A stretch of 63,521 nt of DNA, the filler included, from Phoronis australis (taxonomy: Eukaryota; Animalia; Phoronida): assembly GCA_002633005.1 (NCBI GenBank). It is 7 parts of 7 records of this genome, joined end to end, with 100 filler letters (N's around TTAATTAATTAA, not from the genome) between each part and the next. Parts side by side here need not be neighbours in the genome. Positions count along the whole stretch, not along the records: positions 1 to 4,185 come from NMRA01002673.1; positions 4,286 to 12,772 come from NMRA01001606.1; 5 more parts are not named here. One strand, given 5' to 3'. Below, piece by piece: positions 1 to 12,872 of the stretch. The notes under the pieces are model-generated. The model saw nothing but the letters and a program-made list of their open reading frames with translations, did no database searches and was not told the origin of the DNA. Numbering within the stretch: position 1 is the stretch's first letter; every line of letters begins with the position of its first letter. The translations under genes were made by a program, and so were the position numbers.

Positions 1-46
1 GATGTCAGACTCATACCCAGTAGCCGTGGAATCCTGGTCTGGCGTG

Positions 47-186
47 CGTTCAGTAACGCTAGGACCTACGCTAGGATCTAGCTAAAATCTAGTTTTAGTC
101 ACGTGTTCTCACTTAAAATACACGGAAATATCTCACGTAATCTCGCGAAGTCTTGATTTTTAGCGAGGTCCTAGCGTTACTGAACG
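47..186. mobile_element. Small MITE-like element with 21-bp perfect inverted repeats
   Basis: cgttcagtaacgctaggacct (47-67) is the exact reverse complement of aggtcctagcgttactgaacg (166-186). No coding capacity; TSD unclear. Confidence 0.55.
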
Positions 187-3074
187 GGAGGCTGGCTTTC
201 CACATGAGACTTTCCTTGGGCCAGCTAGTCGCTTGGTCTCGTCGTATCCACTAACGACTTCCGCGCAGTAGCCTCAGAGTAAACCTTCTGCTTATAGAGA
301 CTCATTCCCTTACCAGTTCATTTCACTGATTTCGTCAACGGGAAGATTCACCATTGCTAAACGGATTTATTCGAAATAGTTAAGTCAGCGATTTTGGCTT
401 GACTTAATTATCGTTGCGTGGTTAATACCGTTTTGATAAAAATCGCCTAAACTGATCGAAATGTATTTCAAACAAATAAAGTATGCCATATAATGGTCCA
501 AAACACCTGGCGACATTCCCAGGTATAATGCTGTCTAGAGCATTCTGGTCTCAACTCCAGCTATTGTTCATTATACTTTTTGTATTAATAATTTAAAAGA
601 CGCATTCCCTTTTAATGATAAATCAAATAGTAGGCCTCAAACTGCATACTTTAGAAACAGGAAATTTCAACATTTTCGCACCATTTCATCAATCCATTTG
701 GATGGTTTTCGACACCAGTTGGCTAATTCACTAGGACCTCACCATAGGGGGCCACCACTTATTTCAGTGCTGCGCCACCCATGTACTACAGCCTATTGGA
801 ACAGTCATATGTATCCACCGTGACAGTGTCAAACCGAAAGAACACTACCATTTCACATACACAACGACAGTTGACTCGCAACGTTACATCTGCTGCAGTA
901 GAATTAACTTTGCAGACTTATTTCTTGCCCTATAGATACAAGTGCATAGAACTGCTGAAGTCGGAGCATTATTACTTGGATCTTTCTATCTTAATCTGTT
1001 TTTCCTTTTCAGCTACAGGTATCGTTTTTTAATTCCAGGAATTGGTACAATCCAGGTGTGTTTTACTTTGCTAGAGGTCAACAAACTCAGCCTATGAGTC
1101 ATTCATTGCCCATCGTTGAACAGAGACTCGGATCTCAATCAGTGGCAGGCGACACGCTTCTTAAAAATCTAAAAATTGGTTAAATCTAACAGCTTTGTAC
1201 TTTTGTCTGCGCGCTTTTCTACCAATGTAAGAAGATTAATCAAACTCGTCGGTATCGGCTGAATTTCAATTCTTGAGTGGACGACAAAACAGCTTCGTTT
1301 ATTTTATGGTGACGAAGGCGAAGCAAACTCGTAGCTAGCGGCTTAATGTTCAGTTCTTGAGTGGACGACGAACAGTTTCGTTTATTTTTCAGTATGGTGA
1401 CAGCGATCAGAACACTACAGCAAATATAAAATCAAAATTCGCCATTTTTTCTTTAGCGAAGTTGAGAATTTGAGTTGTTCCCTATACAAAAATACGATAG
1501 TTGAGTTACTATTGATTTACTCAAACACCTCAGTGAATTGTGGCCAGTCTAAACTTACCTGAGCACATACCGTCATGAAATAGGCCTTCCTTTATCAGAC
1601 GAGATTAATTGGGCTCACAAAAAATTGGAATCCTGCCATTCATTGAAAAGTATCATTACTTCTTCCTTTCTCACAGACAATCCTATTTCGTTTTCATTCA
1701 AAGTAACTTCTGAAACCACTTGATCTGAGGCTAACTAGCAAGCGATCTTCGTGTATCAGTGGCAACTAGAAAATCCTAGCTCCCACGTTAATGGGTGTGA
1801 CACTAGTTTATTGGCCACCATCTTCATTACCACTTAGAAAACTTGGATTTCAGTTGAGAAAAAAACTACAATATGACTAATTAGCTAATCATGAGAAAAC
1901 CCGTAGCTAAAGGGTAGGATAAATTTATCTCAAAAGGGCTTAAGAGTCCACATAGCGCCCAACATCACATTTCCTAACCGGTAACGACTTTGACCGCTTG
2001 GGATTACAAGCAATATTAGGCACGGCGAGTAACACAACGCCTGGATTTTGCGCCTTAAGTTTTTCGAGATACCGGGACACCGTACCTTATGAAGGGAACA
2101 GCGGAGAAATATGTCGGTGCAGTGATAACTTGACCGCTACTTGAAGTTCGTGGCAACATTCTTTCCTGCTCATTCTAGACCGTTGCGTACTACAAAAACT
2201 AAATTCGTTCGGAACCAGCACACCACCCCTTGCTGTGGTCTGCTAGTAACAACCCGGCGGGCCGCCCGCCCGGCCAACCGAACTAAGACGAGTGCATTAT
2301 GCAAGCGTCATGTCGACACGCTTTCCCAACGACAGTTGGTATGCCTTACGGGGGGTAGGTATCCATGTCACGCCCCCAACACCACCCACGCCCATGCTAT
2401 GAGCACCGACACCGTCATACACCTCAATGGGCCGCGGGGGCGGCCGCCGACCCCAGTCACACGAACTGTTTCGTCGTCCTCTACAGCGTTACAACGACAT
2501 CCTTCAATAACTGTGTTCCCTTCATTTTCTTCTCTTCCGAAAACCACGACCACATATTGGAGGTATAAAAGTGTACCGAACTGGAGTCGAGCACCATCTT
2601 CAGCACCTTCATGTGATTGGCCCAAATCTTGCAAGAAGTGGAAATTTGATGGCTACTTCAAATAACCGTTATAACGTAAAGAATTTCAGTCTCTTTCTTA
2701 TACATTGGAGGAGTTTCCTTTAAACTTGATGACGCAGAAGTATAGAATTTATATTGATTGTGAATATCTGCGCAATTAAAGTGGATAAAATTGATCACAG
2801 TGCCTTGAATGTTTCAAGAAAATTTCCTGCTCTTTAGTTTCTGGAATTACGATTACGAAGTGCTCCATTTTGTAAACATTCCATAGCCGAATAGGATATT
2901 AGTCTGGCAAAGTACTCTTGCATATATTTTCCTTCATCCTCAAAGGGTGTTTGTGTTTCTGGTGGTGTACATTCCAATTTGTTGCTGTGTACCCAAAGAC
3001 ACGTAGTCTTGAAAGGGTTCGCATTAATATATAGCACTGCTATATTATAGCTAGTGGCCATACATAGCTAGCCT

Positions 3075-4185
3075 AAGGTGCTCCCAATTTGATGTTCTCA
3101 TGGCATAAGGTGCTCCCACTTTGACATTCTCGTAGCACAAGGTGCTCCCATTTTAACATTCGACTAGCATGAGGTGTTCCCATTTTAATGTTCTCCTAGC
3201 ATAAGGTGCTCCCATTTTAACATTCTCCTAGCATGAGGTGCTCCGACTTTAACATTCACATGGCATAAGGTGCTCCCACTTTGACATTCTCGTAGCACAA
3301 GGTGCTCCCATTTTAACATTCGACTAGCATAAGGGGTAATTGTTTACATTATGACGACAATTACTTAGACACATGATTTTGGTATCGTTCGATTCCTCGC
3401 AATGTTATCTTTCCAAATATGCACAGAAATTTCTCCTACCCCTTTCCCTTAGTATTTTATCGTGAAATTTCTTCTAGCACTATTTCCTGGTACGCGGTAG
3501 TAATACTGCCATGTTGAATGGAAGGAGTCACCTGGCGGTCAAAAACTGAACTAATCTACCGACTTGCAGATCGTCGCTTTTCATAAGTTCAAATTGACCG
3601 AGACCCGTCAATCCCCTGCCCGAGTTACGGAACCAAGGATTCGAATTCGATCCTATGGTGACCCTGATATACGCATCTCAGTGCTAGCAAGAATTCGCCA
3701 AAACAGCGGAGGTTGTATTTGAGGTCCAAATTTATGAAAAGAGTATCACTTAAGACAATTTCGTTGAAAAATGGTCACAATTATAAAAAACTGGAAAAGG
3801 TAAAATGCTTGTACTTGTTCATCAATATTGTGTCAGGAAAACTTTAGCGGGAATCTCGCGCAGGCAAACACCATTCAGAATCAATGATGCTGTTTCATTC
3901 ATTAACAGTAGGTGTCGCTGTAATCTTGAGTTGAGCTAACATGGCGGTGTCCACCGGGAAATAGTGCCAACTGAAATTCGACAATAAAATATGGAGGAAA
4001 CGCGGTAGGGGATCATTTCATATATATTTGGAAAGATGACGGTGCGAGGAATCGAACGATACCAAAATCATATGTCAAAGTCATTGTCGTCATATTGTAA
4101 ACAATTACCGCATAAGGTGCTCCCATTTTAACATTCTCCTAGCATACGGTGCTCCCAATTTAATGTTCTCCTAGCATAAGGTGCT
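3075..4185. repeat. 32-bp minisatellite (aaggtgctcccattttaacattctcctagcat), interrupted by a transposon
   Basis: About 8 copies at 3075-3332 and at least 2 more at 4112-4185, running into a gap. Confidence 0.9.
3333..4111. mobile_element. Non-autonomous TIR DNA transposon (Kolobok-like) with 4-bp ATAA TSD
   Basis: About 150-bp imperfect TIRs (ggggtaattgtttaca...atgattttggtatcgttcgattcctcgca versus its reverse complement ending ...tgtaaacaattaccgc). ATAA is duplicated at 3329-3332 and 4112-4115, and removing the element restores the minisatellite unit. Confidence 0.75.
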
Positions 4186-4285
4186 NNNNNNNNNNNNNNN
4201 NNNNNNNNNNNNNNNNNNNNNNNNNNNNNTTAATTAATTAANNNNNNNNNNNNNNNNNNNNNNNNNNNNNNNNNNNNNNNNNNNN
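4186..4285. other. Artificial 100-bp scaffold spacer (N + TTAATTAATTAA + N); also at 12773-12872, 43497-43596, 51758-51857, 55926-56025, 61927-62026
   Basis: Six spacers of the same 100-bp layout with an all-frame stop linker. Plain N gaps also at 11028-11582 and 37130-37417. Confidence 0.95.
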
Positions 4286-4510
4286 CACAAGCCACGTGCT
4301 CATCCCCTTCTTGTATTAGTTCTCCAAGCGAATAGACGTATTATATTTTACTCTCATCTGTTGTTTTACTGGTTCTACGAACACAACAATGCGTGACTTT
4401 CTTGTAAGCGTATTATTCACGGTATGCATGTATGTGCTTCAAGCACGCGACTATTAAACATCACTGCAGAAACGAAATAGTTTCTGCGACGCCACTTCCA
4501 TGACAAGGCT

Positions 4511-5836
4511 AACAAGAGCAACGCGGAGCGTTGAAATGCGCCCACGAATGCATTGCAAATGGTGTGCTTTTAGGGTTGTTTATTTGTATCATAAAAATGG
4601 AAACTAGAATGCCCAAAAACATACAATCCACCCAAAAACAGGAACATGCCATATTTCATAAAAATCTGTCAAGGAAATTCAGAGAAACAAAGGAAAACAG
4701 AATAAAATGAAATTGCCACTAGTGGGCACAGTGTCCGTTGGATCTGCCTGAAAGTGGTCGTCGTCTGTTGTTATCTTCATATAAATACACTTACTAAATT
4801 TAATAAAGATCCAGCAGTGGGTTTAAGAGATACAACTATGGGCGCAAAACAATGATTTGGTCGATACAGGAGTGGACGCCACAGTAATCAGTCACCATCA
4901 TCAAAGGTCGTCTTCACACTGAGAACATATATGCCAATTTTCAAATGATTTGGTTGATACAGGGATGGACACCAAAAATAAGATTCAAAAACAGCATAAC
5001 TGGCCACTAGGTGGTGCAAAATACCTCGATTCCATCCAAAAACAGGCAGATAGCATCATCACACCAATAGATGCCTATATTTAAAATTTTATGAAAATCT
5101 GTTGAGGACCTTTGAAGATACTGAGTTAAACCTAAAAAACTAAAATTGACACTAGGGGGCACAGCAGTAGCCAGATCTGTCTGAAAGTCGTCGTCATCCG
5201 TAGTCAACATCACATAAATACACTTGCTAAATTAAGTAAAGATCCTGCGAACGGTTTATGAGATAAAGCCATAGGCGCAACAGAAGTCGAAACCGTCGGA
5301 AAATCATCATCAACCGTCTTCTTTATAGTACATACATGCCAATTTTCACCTTTGAGCGGTCAGAGAGTATGTTTCAATGGTTTTTATGCGGATTCACGAT
5401 GTTTTTAAAGCGTCTACAAACGGATCATATGACTTTAATAGAGGGGTGGACGCAAAAAACAGACTCGAAAACAGTAAAAATGGCCACTAGGAGGCGCAAA
5501 CTACGTCGAATCCATCCGAAAAAGGGAGGATAACGTCATCTCAATAGTAGCTGCCTACAAACCAAATTTCATGAAAATCCATTCAGGACTTTTGACTCGA
5601 GATACAAAGGTAAGCGTAAAAAAATAAAATTGCCACTAGGGGGCACACCGGTAGTGGGATCCGTCCGAAAGTTCGCTCATGCCGTCCAATTCATGAATGG
5701 AACATATATGCCAAATTTCATGAATGTTTGTCAAAGGGTTTTGGAGATAGAGCAGCAGACGTTGGACGGACGCCGCCAGGACGGACGGAGATGACGGCAT
5801 AATGCGTCCACATATAAATATGTGGGCGCATAAAAA
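4511..5836 (+). mobile_element. Non-autonomous Helentron-type element (HINE / DINE-1 / pearl-like)
   Basis: 5' aacaagag, hairpin caacgc-gga-gcgttg and subterminal atgcgcccac. Internal tandem core (aaattgccactag... at about 4710, 5140, 5630). (GGAC)n microsatellite. 3' stem-loop atgcgtccacatat-aa-atatgtgggcgcat followed by an A-run. Confidence 0.75.
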
Positions 5837-6300
5837 TCATTCACAGTCCACCAATTTTTTCACGGTGTTGTAAAGCTAACCAATGACTGCTGAGGTTACA
5901 TCAACCAATAAAGCACGTGCCACTGCATGATACCTGCCTTGCATGCTGGCTAGACTTAACTGTTGTTGAGTTGGGTGGTTATCACCTTTTGTAGCGGAAT
6001 ATACGCAACTTTTGTTTTTGATAAATAAGAACAATATACAAAGACGGCAATTGGCCACACGAAATAAGATACCTTTTGTTCTTATTCAGCAGTGTAATCC
6101 CTCTTTTGTTTCGGCTCTCGATCCGTTGCGAGGAAGCGCGAAAATGTGCCACGAAAGCATCCAGTTGTTGACAACTTCTCAATGTTTTTGTTTGATGACA
6201 GTAAAAAGTCATTACAAGTGTTTAAGCTTTAATGAAAATGTGATGGTTTTAATATACAAGTAATATGCACTCAGAAACTTAATACATAATTTAACCACAA

Positions 6301-6568
6301 GCAGGGCATACAAACACAATCAGTATGCCCTAAAGCTTAGGGCTAGCAGGGCATACAAACACAATCAGTATGCCCTAAAGCTTAGGGCTAGCAGGGCATA
6401 CAAACGCAATCAGTATGCCCTAAAGCTTAGGGCTAGCAGGGCATACAAAGGCAATCAGTATGCCCTAAAGCTTAGGGCTATCACGGCATACAAAGGCAAT
6501 CAGTATGCCCTAAAGCTTAGGGCTAGCAGGGCATACAAACGCAATCAGTATGCCCTAAAGCTTAGGGC
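6301..6568. repeat. 45-bp tandem repeat, 6 copies, with internal palindromes
   Basis: Unit gcagggcatacaaacacaatcagtatgccctaaagcttagggcta. Confidence 0.95.
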
Positions 6569-7515
6569 TTCACAGCAGTGACCACCACTCCCATACTTTC
6601 ACAGAAGACAAAGTTTAAATAAACACTTCAAACACCCCTGGCATCTTTGGTGACTGAAAAATCAAGTGAAAATCTAAATCAGGAGGCAGACAAGGGCAAA
6701 AAGCACCATAAAGCAGGTTAACTATGGTAAGCCATAGAGCACACAGGCAATACTGACAAAGTCTTTGCAATCACACTTTAGTGTCACACAAGTTGCATAA
6801 TAACACTTGTCACACAAGTTTGCATAATAACAACTCCTGAAATGGAAATTAAAGAGTTGTCTTTGGTCTATAACACCTCAAAGTGCTACACCTATATAGT
6901 GAACAATATTTTGAAGGAGCAGTCTCCAAATATCATTGCTAATCTATTTGCAGACCTTGACACTTCCAACTATTTCTAGACACTTGTGCACTGTCTCATA
7001 AAAAGTGACATGGAGCTTTTGAAGATGTATTTGTATGCTCCAAACTATGCTAACGTATAGCAGGAACTAAATCTACCCAAAACAAAGTGCAGTTATATTC
7101 ACTGACAAGTTGTAAATGCGAAAATAGGTGACCTTTGCATTAATGATGTACCTCACAGGCTCACATAGTGCAACATGCAGTGTTATTTCCCAGCACCAAG
7201 TCACGATACTTACTAGAAAGGGTTCAGTACACGTGATTCGCGAAGGATCATTTTCACAAAACAAAACTCGTTAAAAACATTTGGCAATTTTCAACCAACT
7301 TCATATTCACATCATCGTTATATAAAACTAATTTGACCAAGCAATCACGGAGACAAGTTCCACTTCAATGTCACAAATTTCATCTGATGGTTCACACACC
7401 TACATGTATTTCCAAAAATGGTATAATACCAATGCAGCAAGGAACAGTCTGAAAATTTATCTAAAAAATAAATTGTGATGTGCTAACAACTATAGCACAA
7501 ACGTTTCTCAGTAAT

Positions 7516-7727
7516 TACAGTGGAGTAGGAGGCTAAGGCCAACTACAGTGGAGTAGGAGGCTAAGGCCAAATATAGTAGAGTAGGAGGCTAAGGCCAAAT
7601 ACAGTGGAGTAGGAGGCTAAGGCCAAATACAGAGGAGTAGGAGGCTAAGACCAAATATAGTAGAGTAGCAGGCTAAGGCCAAANGAGGCTAAGGCCAAAT
7701 ATAGTGGAGTAGGAGGCTAAGGCCAAA
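7516..7727. repeat. 28-bp tandem repeat, about 8 copies
   Basis: Unit tacagtggagtaggaggctaaggccaaa; contains a single n at 7684. Confidence 0.9.
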
Positions 7728-9249
7728 TTCTGACATTAGGCTCAATAAATTACTGCTCATGAGTTAGGACCTAGGAACACGAAGATAGGAGACAATGCAG
7801 TGTCCTAGCCACAAAGCAAAAACTTAAAACATTTGGTTGTGGAACCATCGCTTTAATCCATTTCATTGGGGGTTATGATGCAAGTGGCACCAAGGATGTA
7901 CAGTATAGGAGTAAATCTATTCAAATGATATTTCTGCTGAATGTGTGACATTTATGTGTGCTACCAAACTCCTACTAATGTAAAATTCCCAAAACTGTAA
8001 CACCAAAACGAAATTGAACTGTTAATTCAAAGTCAAATGTCACAACAAAAGTTACTGGTAGGTACCATACTGGCTTACTCATCCATGAACATGAAAAGAC
8101 ATTGCACATCAAAATACACTGGCAAAGGAGACTGAAATGTAAAATGTGTCACAAGGTTCTATAAAGTCAAATTATCAATGATTTTTTGAAATCAACCCGG
8201 GTGCATCGTACTCAATAAGTGACGTGCATATTAAATGTATTTAACTGGTTAAGTCATTGTCCTTGATATTAGCAAATTTCCTATCGACAATTGTAATACA
8301 GTTCTTCAAAAAGTCCGTCCAATAACAATCCCAAAAATGAATGTTTTGGCCGTAAAAACAATACTTTCCCATTAAGTGGCTTGACCAAATGCAATACATC
8401 TCCAGTGACAATCAACTTGTACAGTTTCTTTCTATGAACTTTGGCCATATGTGACTTAAACTGAAGCAAGTCGTCATACACAGTTGATCATCACAGAGAC
8501 GTCTAGTGATGCACTCAGTTGATTTCACAAGTCAGAAGACCATGGCCTACTTCTCACACACACTATTGGCTTTTGTCTTTAGTCAAAGGTCAGAAATTTG
8601 ACTACGAATACAGACCTGTGTACCACAAATTTACCCTAAATATAGGGGGTTTGAATTTTTCGCAGTATACCTTTCACCAACTAAAAAAAAACAAACAATG
8701 GGTTTGCTCAGCGTTCAGAGCTTTCACCGAATTTTTGCCTCTTTAGTGGACTTTTGTCTCATTTTCTCGGACTATTGGTTTCTCTCTGGACCTTTTTGCC
8801 CCTTTGCCAAATGGGGGACTCATTAAAGCCCCCCCCCCCTGCGTATACGCACATGGGTACTTTCCCTACTTACTTGCCTCAGAAACAGTTTTTAAAATAC
8901 ACGTAGTGAATTGATCACCAATTTTCAGAATAATTTAAGTTGTTTAGTTGAGTGACAACGTGCTTAGTGAAAAGGTCCAGAACTGTTAATCAATAGAAAA
9001 TGTCTTTACTGAACTTAGTTATGTTAATACATGCCTATTGTACACCTCATTTCTTAATACAAAAACATATCTGGAAAAATGTGTTGATGAATCTGCACTG
9101 GACAATGTTTTGCACCAGAGGATATTTTCTTAACCATTCACAAAAGTTTTGAATAATTATTCATTGCAAGTTTCTGTGAAAACGTACCACCGTACTGCAT
9201 ACGAAAAGACCTCAAGGCTCGACTGTGGCTCGAGTATTATCGTCAGCTC

Positions 9250-9448
9250 AGCATTCTACGAAGTCAGAGCAGTCACCATGTTCGCAAAAAAAACAACACG
9301 CTAATATGCAACTTGCAGTATAAATTCCACGGTCCCTTGAATAAGACATTGTCATTCTTTGGAATAGCGTGGCAAAAACAGATGTTCCCTTCCTTAAGAA
9401 GCTACTTTCTTCACAGCTCGGAATATGCGACCACTCATGCTTTGCCAT
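9250..9448 (-). pseudogene. Degenerate THAP-like fragment (transposon relic)
   Basis: With one frameshift it reads MAKHE...GTSV / FCHAIPKNDNVLFKGPWNLYCK..., resembling the THAP motif FHxFPK...W. Poorly conserved. Confidence 0.3.
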
Positions 9449-10396
9449 TTTGTCAACAGTACTTCTTTAGCCGTAAATAGCCAAAATTAGACGAAGTAAG
9501 CAATCCACAAATCACAGAAGTCGATGCTTATAGGTTAGGCGTGTGACACAAATACCGATAGAAGAGGCCTCGCAATTCGCCGATTATCAGGCTATTTCGA
9601 GGATGAAACAAAGCAAGTTTTCCGAGTTTTGTAGATCAACTTTTTGGCTAAAATAATGATTTTACAATTTTTTTAAAATTTCTAACTTTAAAATCGTCCT
9701 CGTCCGTTCTGACTACAAATCGGCGTATTTATTGGTAAACAAGCGAATTAATAATCTCTCTTGAATTTGCTGAATTAGTGTATTTTTGCCTGGCTGTGCA
9801 TACTTGCATAGTGCATTTTTTGCGTATGGTACACAGGTGTGCGAATAGCAATAAGGCCGTTTTATGTTTCTTGAAACGTTCTACCAAATCAAGCAGACAA
9901 TGGATTTCGATCTCTTGTCTTAAGAGTTGTAGAATCAAGTCGGTAAGATATGGACGAAACGGTTGTATACTTTTCCACATCAAGGCACGATTCTTTAGAT
10001 TCTAAAAAGGTTCTTTACTCAATATTTTCATCACTTAAATGGAGCCCAGTAATATATATATAGTCTCAGTGGTAGACAGGTTTTCTAACTTTCATCCTTA
10101 GAGATTTTCATAAAAAAATGGAGAATCCATAGACGGATTTTTAGCATAAAGTTAAAAGACAAAAGCCAATAGACTCCTTGAGAAACAAGTTTCCAGATGA
10201 ATAGAACAACGCAATTCTTTCAAAAGATCAATAACCACATGCCAGTGCTCATATGACCAGTCCATTCCTTTGAATAGAATACGGACTCTTTCAGGAATAG
10301 TAGTGACAACAGCTTGTCAGCGATAAATTGCAGTTTGACATGCAGGCATTTTAACGTAAACTTCATAAATCCAGTTTGACATATGGGTCAGAAAAA

Positions 10397-10614
10397 CTAC
10401 ACAACAGTGGACACCGCCAATCCTTCTTTTATAAGAATGTCCTCAATACAAATATCCACTTCATCATCGGAGGTGTCGACTAGTCGAACGCCAATCACAC
10501 CACTGGCTAAGTCATGGCTGCAGATCAGCCCCACTAGACTCTTCTCGTTAACGAGTTCTGAGAAGCGGTGGATGGCCTTGCTGGACCAACCACTGGCTGA
10601 CACAGGCTGGACTC
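10397..10614 (-). CDS. Terminal exon of an extended-Tudor (TDRD5/TDRD7-like) protein
   Basis: Acceptor ctctcttctctcatag, then phase-1 (G)VQPVSASGWSSKAIHRFSELVNEKSLVGLICSHDLASGVIGVRLVDTSDDEVDICIEDILIKEGLAVSTVV-stop. This fits the eTudor C-terminal pattern WS..A...F..L...K.L...V.L.DT...I...L..EG.A. Upstream exons are not visible (gap). Confidence 0.8.
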
Positions 10615-11582
10615 CTATGAGAGAAGAGAGTATTCAACATGCTTGTCTAAGATAGAGTTTCTACAGGTTGCATGCAGTGAATGAAAATATCTATTAAGAG
10701 TGAACTCCTGTCTTGGTCACAGACAAACTGACTGCAGAACTTGTTATAGTAACATCTTTATTCTGAAAAATGCTTGGAATTTATCAACTTGATAATGAAG
10801 AAAGGTTTGTGATGAATAACATCATAAACATATTTGGCATCATTAATTCTTATGGAAGTAAACAATACACCCAACCCCACTCAAAAATAAGGAGACAAAT
10901 GTGTACTTTCTCTAATAAATGTTTTCCCTGGTCAATTTTGTTTAATCTATATAGTCTTTGGTTTGAAGTGAGTTCTTAGTAAGAGCTGGTCAATCCATCA
11001 GTATTCCACTTCAATTATATACGTGACNNNNNNNNNNNNNNNNNNNNNNNNNNNNNNNNNNNNNNNNNNNNNNNNNNNNNNNNNNNNNNNNNNNNNNNNN
11101 NNNNNNNNNNNNNNNNNNNNNNNNNNNNNNNNNNNNNNNNNNNNNNNNNNNNNNNNNNNNNNNNNNNNNNNNNNNNNNNNNNNNNNNNNNNNNNNNNNNN
11201 NNNNNNNNNNNNNNNNNNNNNNNNNNNNNNNNNNNNNNNNNNNNNNNNNNNNNNNNNNNNNNNNNNNNNNNNNNNNNNNNNNNNNNNNNNNNNNNNNNNN
11301 NNNNNNNNNNNNNNNNNNNNNNNNNNNNNNNNNNNNNNNNNNNNNNNNNNNNNNNNNNNNNNNNNNNNNNNNNNNNNNNNNNNNNNNNNNNNNNNNNNNN
11401 NNNNNNNNNNNNNNNNNNNNNNNNNNNNNNNNNNNNNNNNNNNNNNNNNNNNNNNNNNNNNNNNNNNNNNNNNNNNNNNNNNNNNNNNNNNNNNNNNNNN
11501 NNNNNNNNNNNNNNNNNNNNNNNNNNNNNNNNNNNNNNNNNNNNNNNNNNNNNNNNNNNNNNNNNNNNNNNNNNNNNNNNNN

Positions 11583-11886
11583 GCATCATCTCACCAATAG
11601 ATGCCTATATTCCAAATTTTCTGAAAATACGTTGGGGACCATTGAAGATAAAGAGATAAGTGTAAAAAAACTAAAATTGCCACTAAGGGGTACACCGGTA
11701 GTCGGATTTGTCCGAAAGTTCGCTCATGCTGAGCCATCCATGAAGGGAACATAAGTGCAAAATTCCATGAACGTACATCAAAGGGTTTTGGAGGTAGAGC
11801 AGCGGATGCCGGATGGACGGACGCGGGACGGACGGACAAAAATGACATCATAATGCATCCACATATAAATATGTGGGCGCATAAAC
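11583..11886 (+). mobile_element. 3' part of a second copy of the HINE at 4511-5836
   Basis: Same core repeat, GGAC microsatellite and terminal hairpin atgcatccacatataaatatgtgggcgcat. The 5' part lies in the gap. Confidence 0.75.
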
Positions 11887-11913
11887 ATAGTGTCAAATTG
11901 TTTCGGACTCAGG

Positions 11914-12072
11914 TTAGAAGTGATTTCTATGTGTGGAACAAGCAACACTTCATCAGTGCTTGGAACCAGTCTCAATTGAGTTGACTTGACTCGGAGGTCA
12001 TAATATGCGCAGAGCATGGCCCCAGGCAATAAAGAAGTACCAGTTCTTCTTAAGCCCATAAATCACTTCTGA
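11914..12072. mobile_element. Small MITE-like element
   Basis: Imperfect TIRs ttagaagtgatttctatg ... cataaatcacttctga. Confidence 0.45.
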
Positions 12073-12534
12073 GGACAAAAAGCAAAGTTGGTTCTGGTCA
12101 GCCAACTCATTTTGAAACCCATGCTCACAGACTAAAAAAACAAGTAAACACACCTGTCTAAATCCATTTCAACCAAAGTCTCATGATTTTTCAAAAGCTG
12201 CGCAAAGGCACATTAGGAAGGGCAAGAGAGATTTGATTTGCTAAGCCATGAGTAAAAAATCTTGCATCATTTTTGCTTGCTTTCTTTTTTGAAGTATTGA
12301 GTAACTAAAAAATACTGTCCCACTGAATCGATTTTCAAAAAAGCCAGTAATGCTTTTTTGGCATAATCTGAATTAGGAATAAAGTGAAACCAGTTTTATA
12401 CCAAGCAGTGTAAACCAAAAGTAATTTTTTTTTGTAGAAAACTCGTTCAGTCTAATTTTTAGATTCTATGAACACATATCTTAAGTTGGACAGAGATGCA
12501 TAGTCTAACAGTAACACACACATCATTACTTGTC

Positions 12535-12730
12535 TGACAGAAAAACATGCATTGTTATATACCCTATGACGACATTACAGACACACAGAAAAACATGCAC
12601 TGTTATATACCCTATGACGACATTACAGACACACAGAAAAACATGCATTGTTATATACCCTATGACGACATTACAGACACACAGAAAAACATGCATTGTT
12701 ATATACCCTATGACGACATTACAGACACAC
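12535..12730. repeat. 48-bp tandem repeat, 4 copies
   Basis: Unit cagaaaaacatgcattgttatataccctatgacgacattacagacaca. It explains the repetitive ORFs at 12526-12754. Confidence 0.95.
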
Positions 12731-12872
12731 AAGTATCATAACAAGACTGATTGAAACACACACAGTCTCGCTNNNNNNNNNNNNNNNNNNNNNNNNNNNN
12801 NNNNNNNNNNNNNNNNTTAATTAATTAANNNNNNNNNNNNNNNNNNNNNNNNNNNNNNNNNNNNNNNNNNNN

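Noticed and set aside
2141-3061. 174-aa ORF and neighbours as genes; LSRLRVFG as a Copia motif
   Set aside because: No recognisable domain or splice structure, and the motif match is too short with no supporting context.
4230-4241. Recurrent TTAATTAATTAA as a biological motif
   Set aside because: It always sits in the middle of 100-bp N spacers, so it is an assembly linker.
6301-7727. 45-bp and 28-bp arrays as CRISPR
   Set aside because: They are head-to-tail repeats without unique spacers, with no cas genes and a eukaryotic context.
11011-11754. Long ORFs spanning N runs (also 36949-37509 and 55978-56211)
   Set aside because: Artefacts of translating gaps.
12526-12754. Repetitive peptide ORFs (also 49743-50187 and 30891-31239)
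   Set aside because: They are by-products of tandem repeats and microsatellites, open on both strands.
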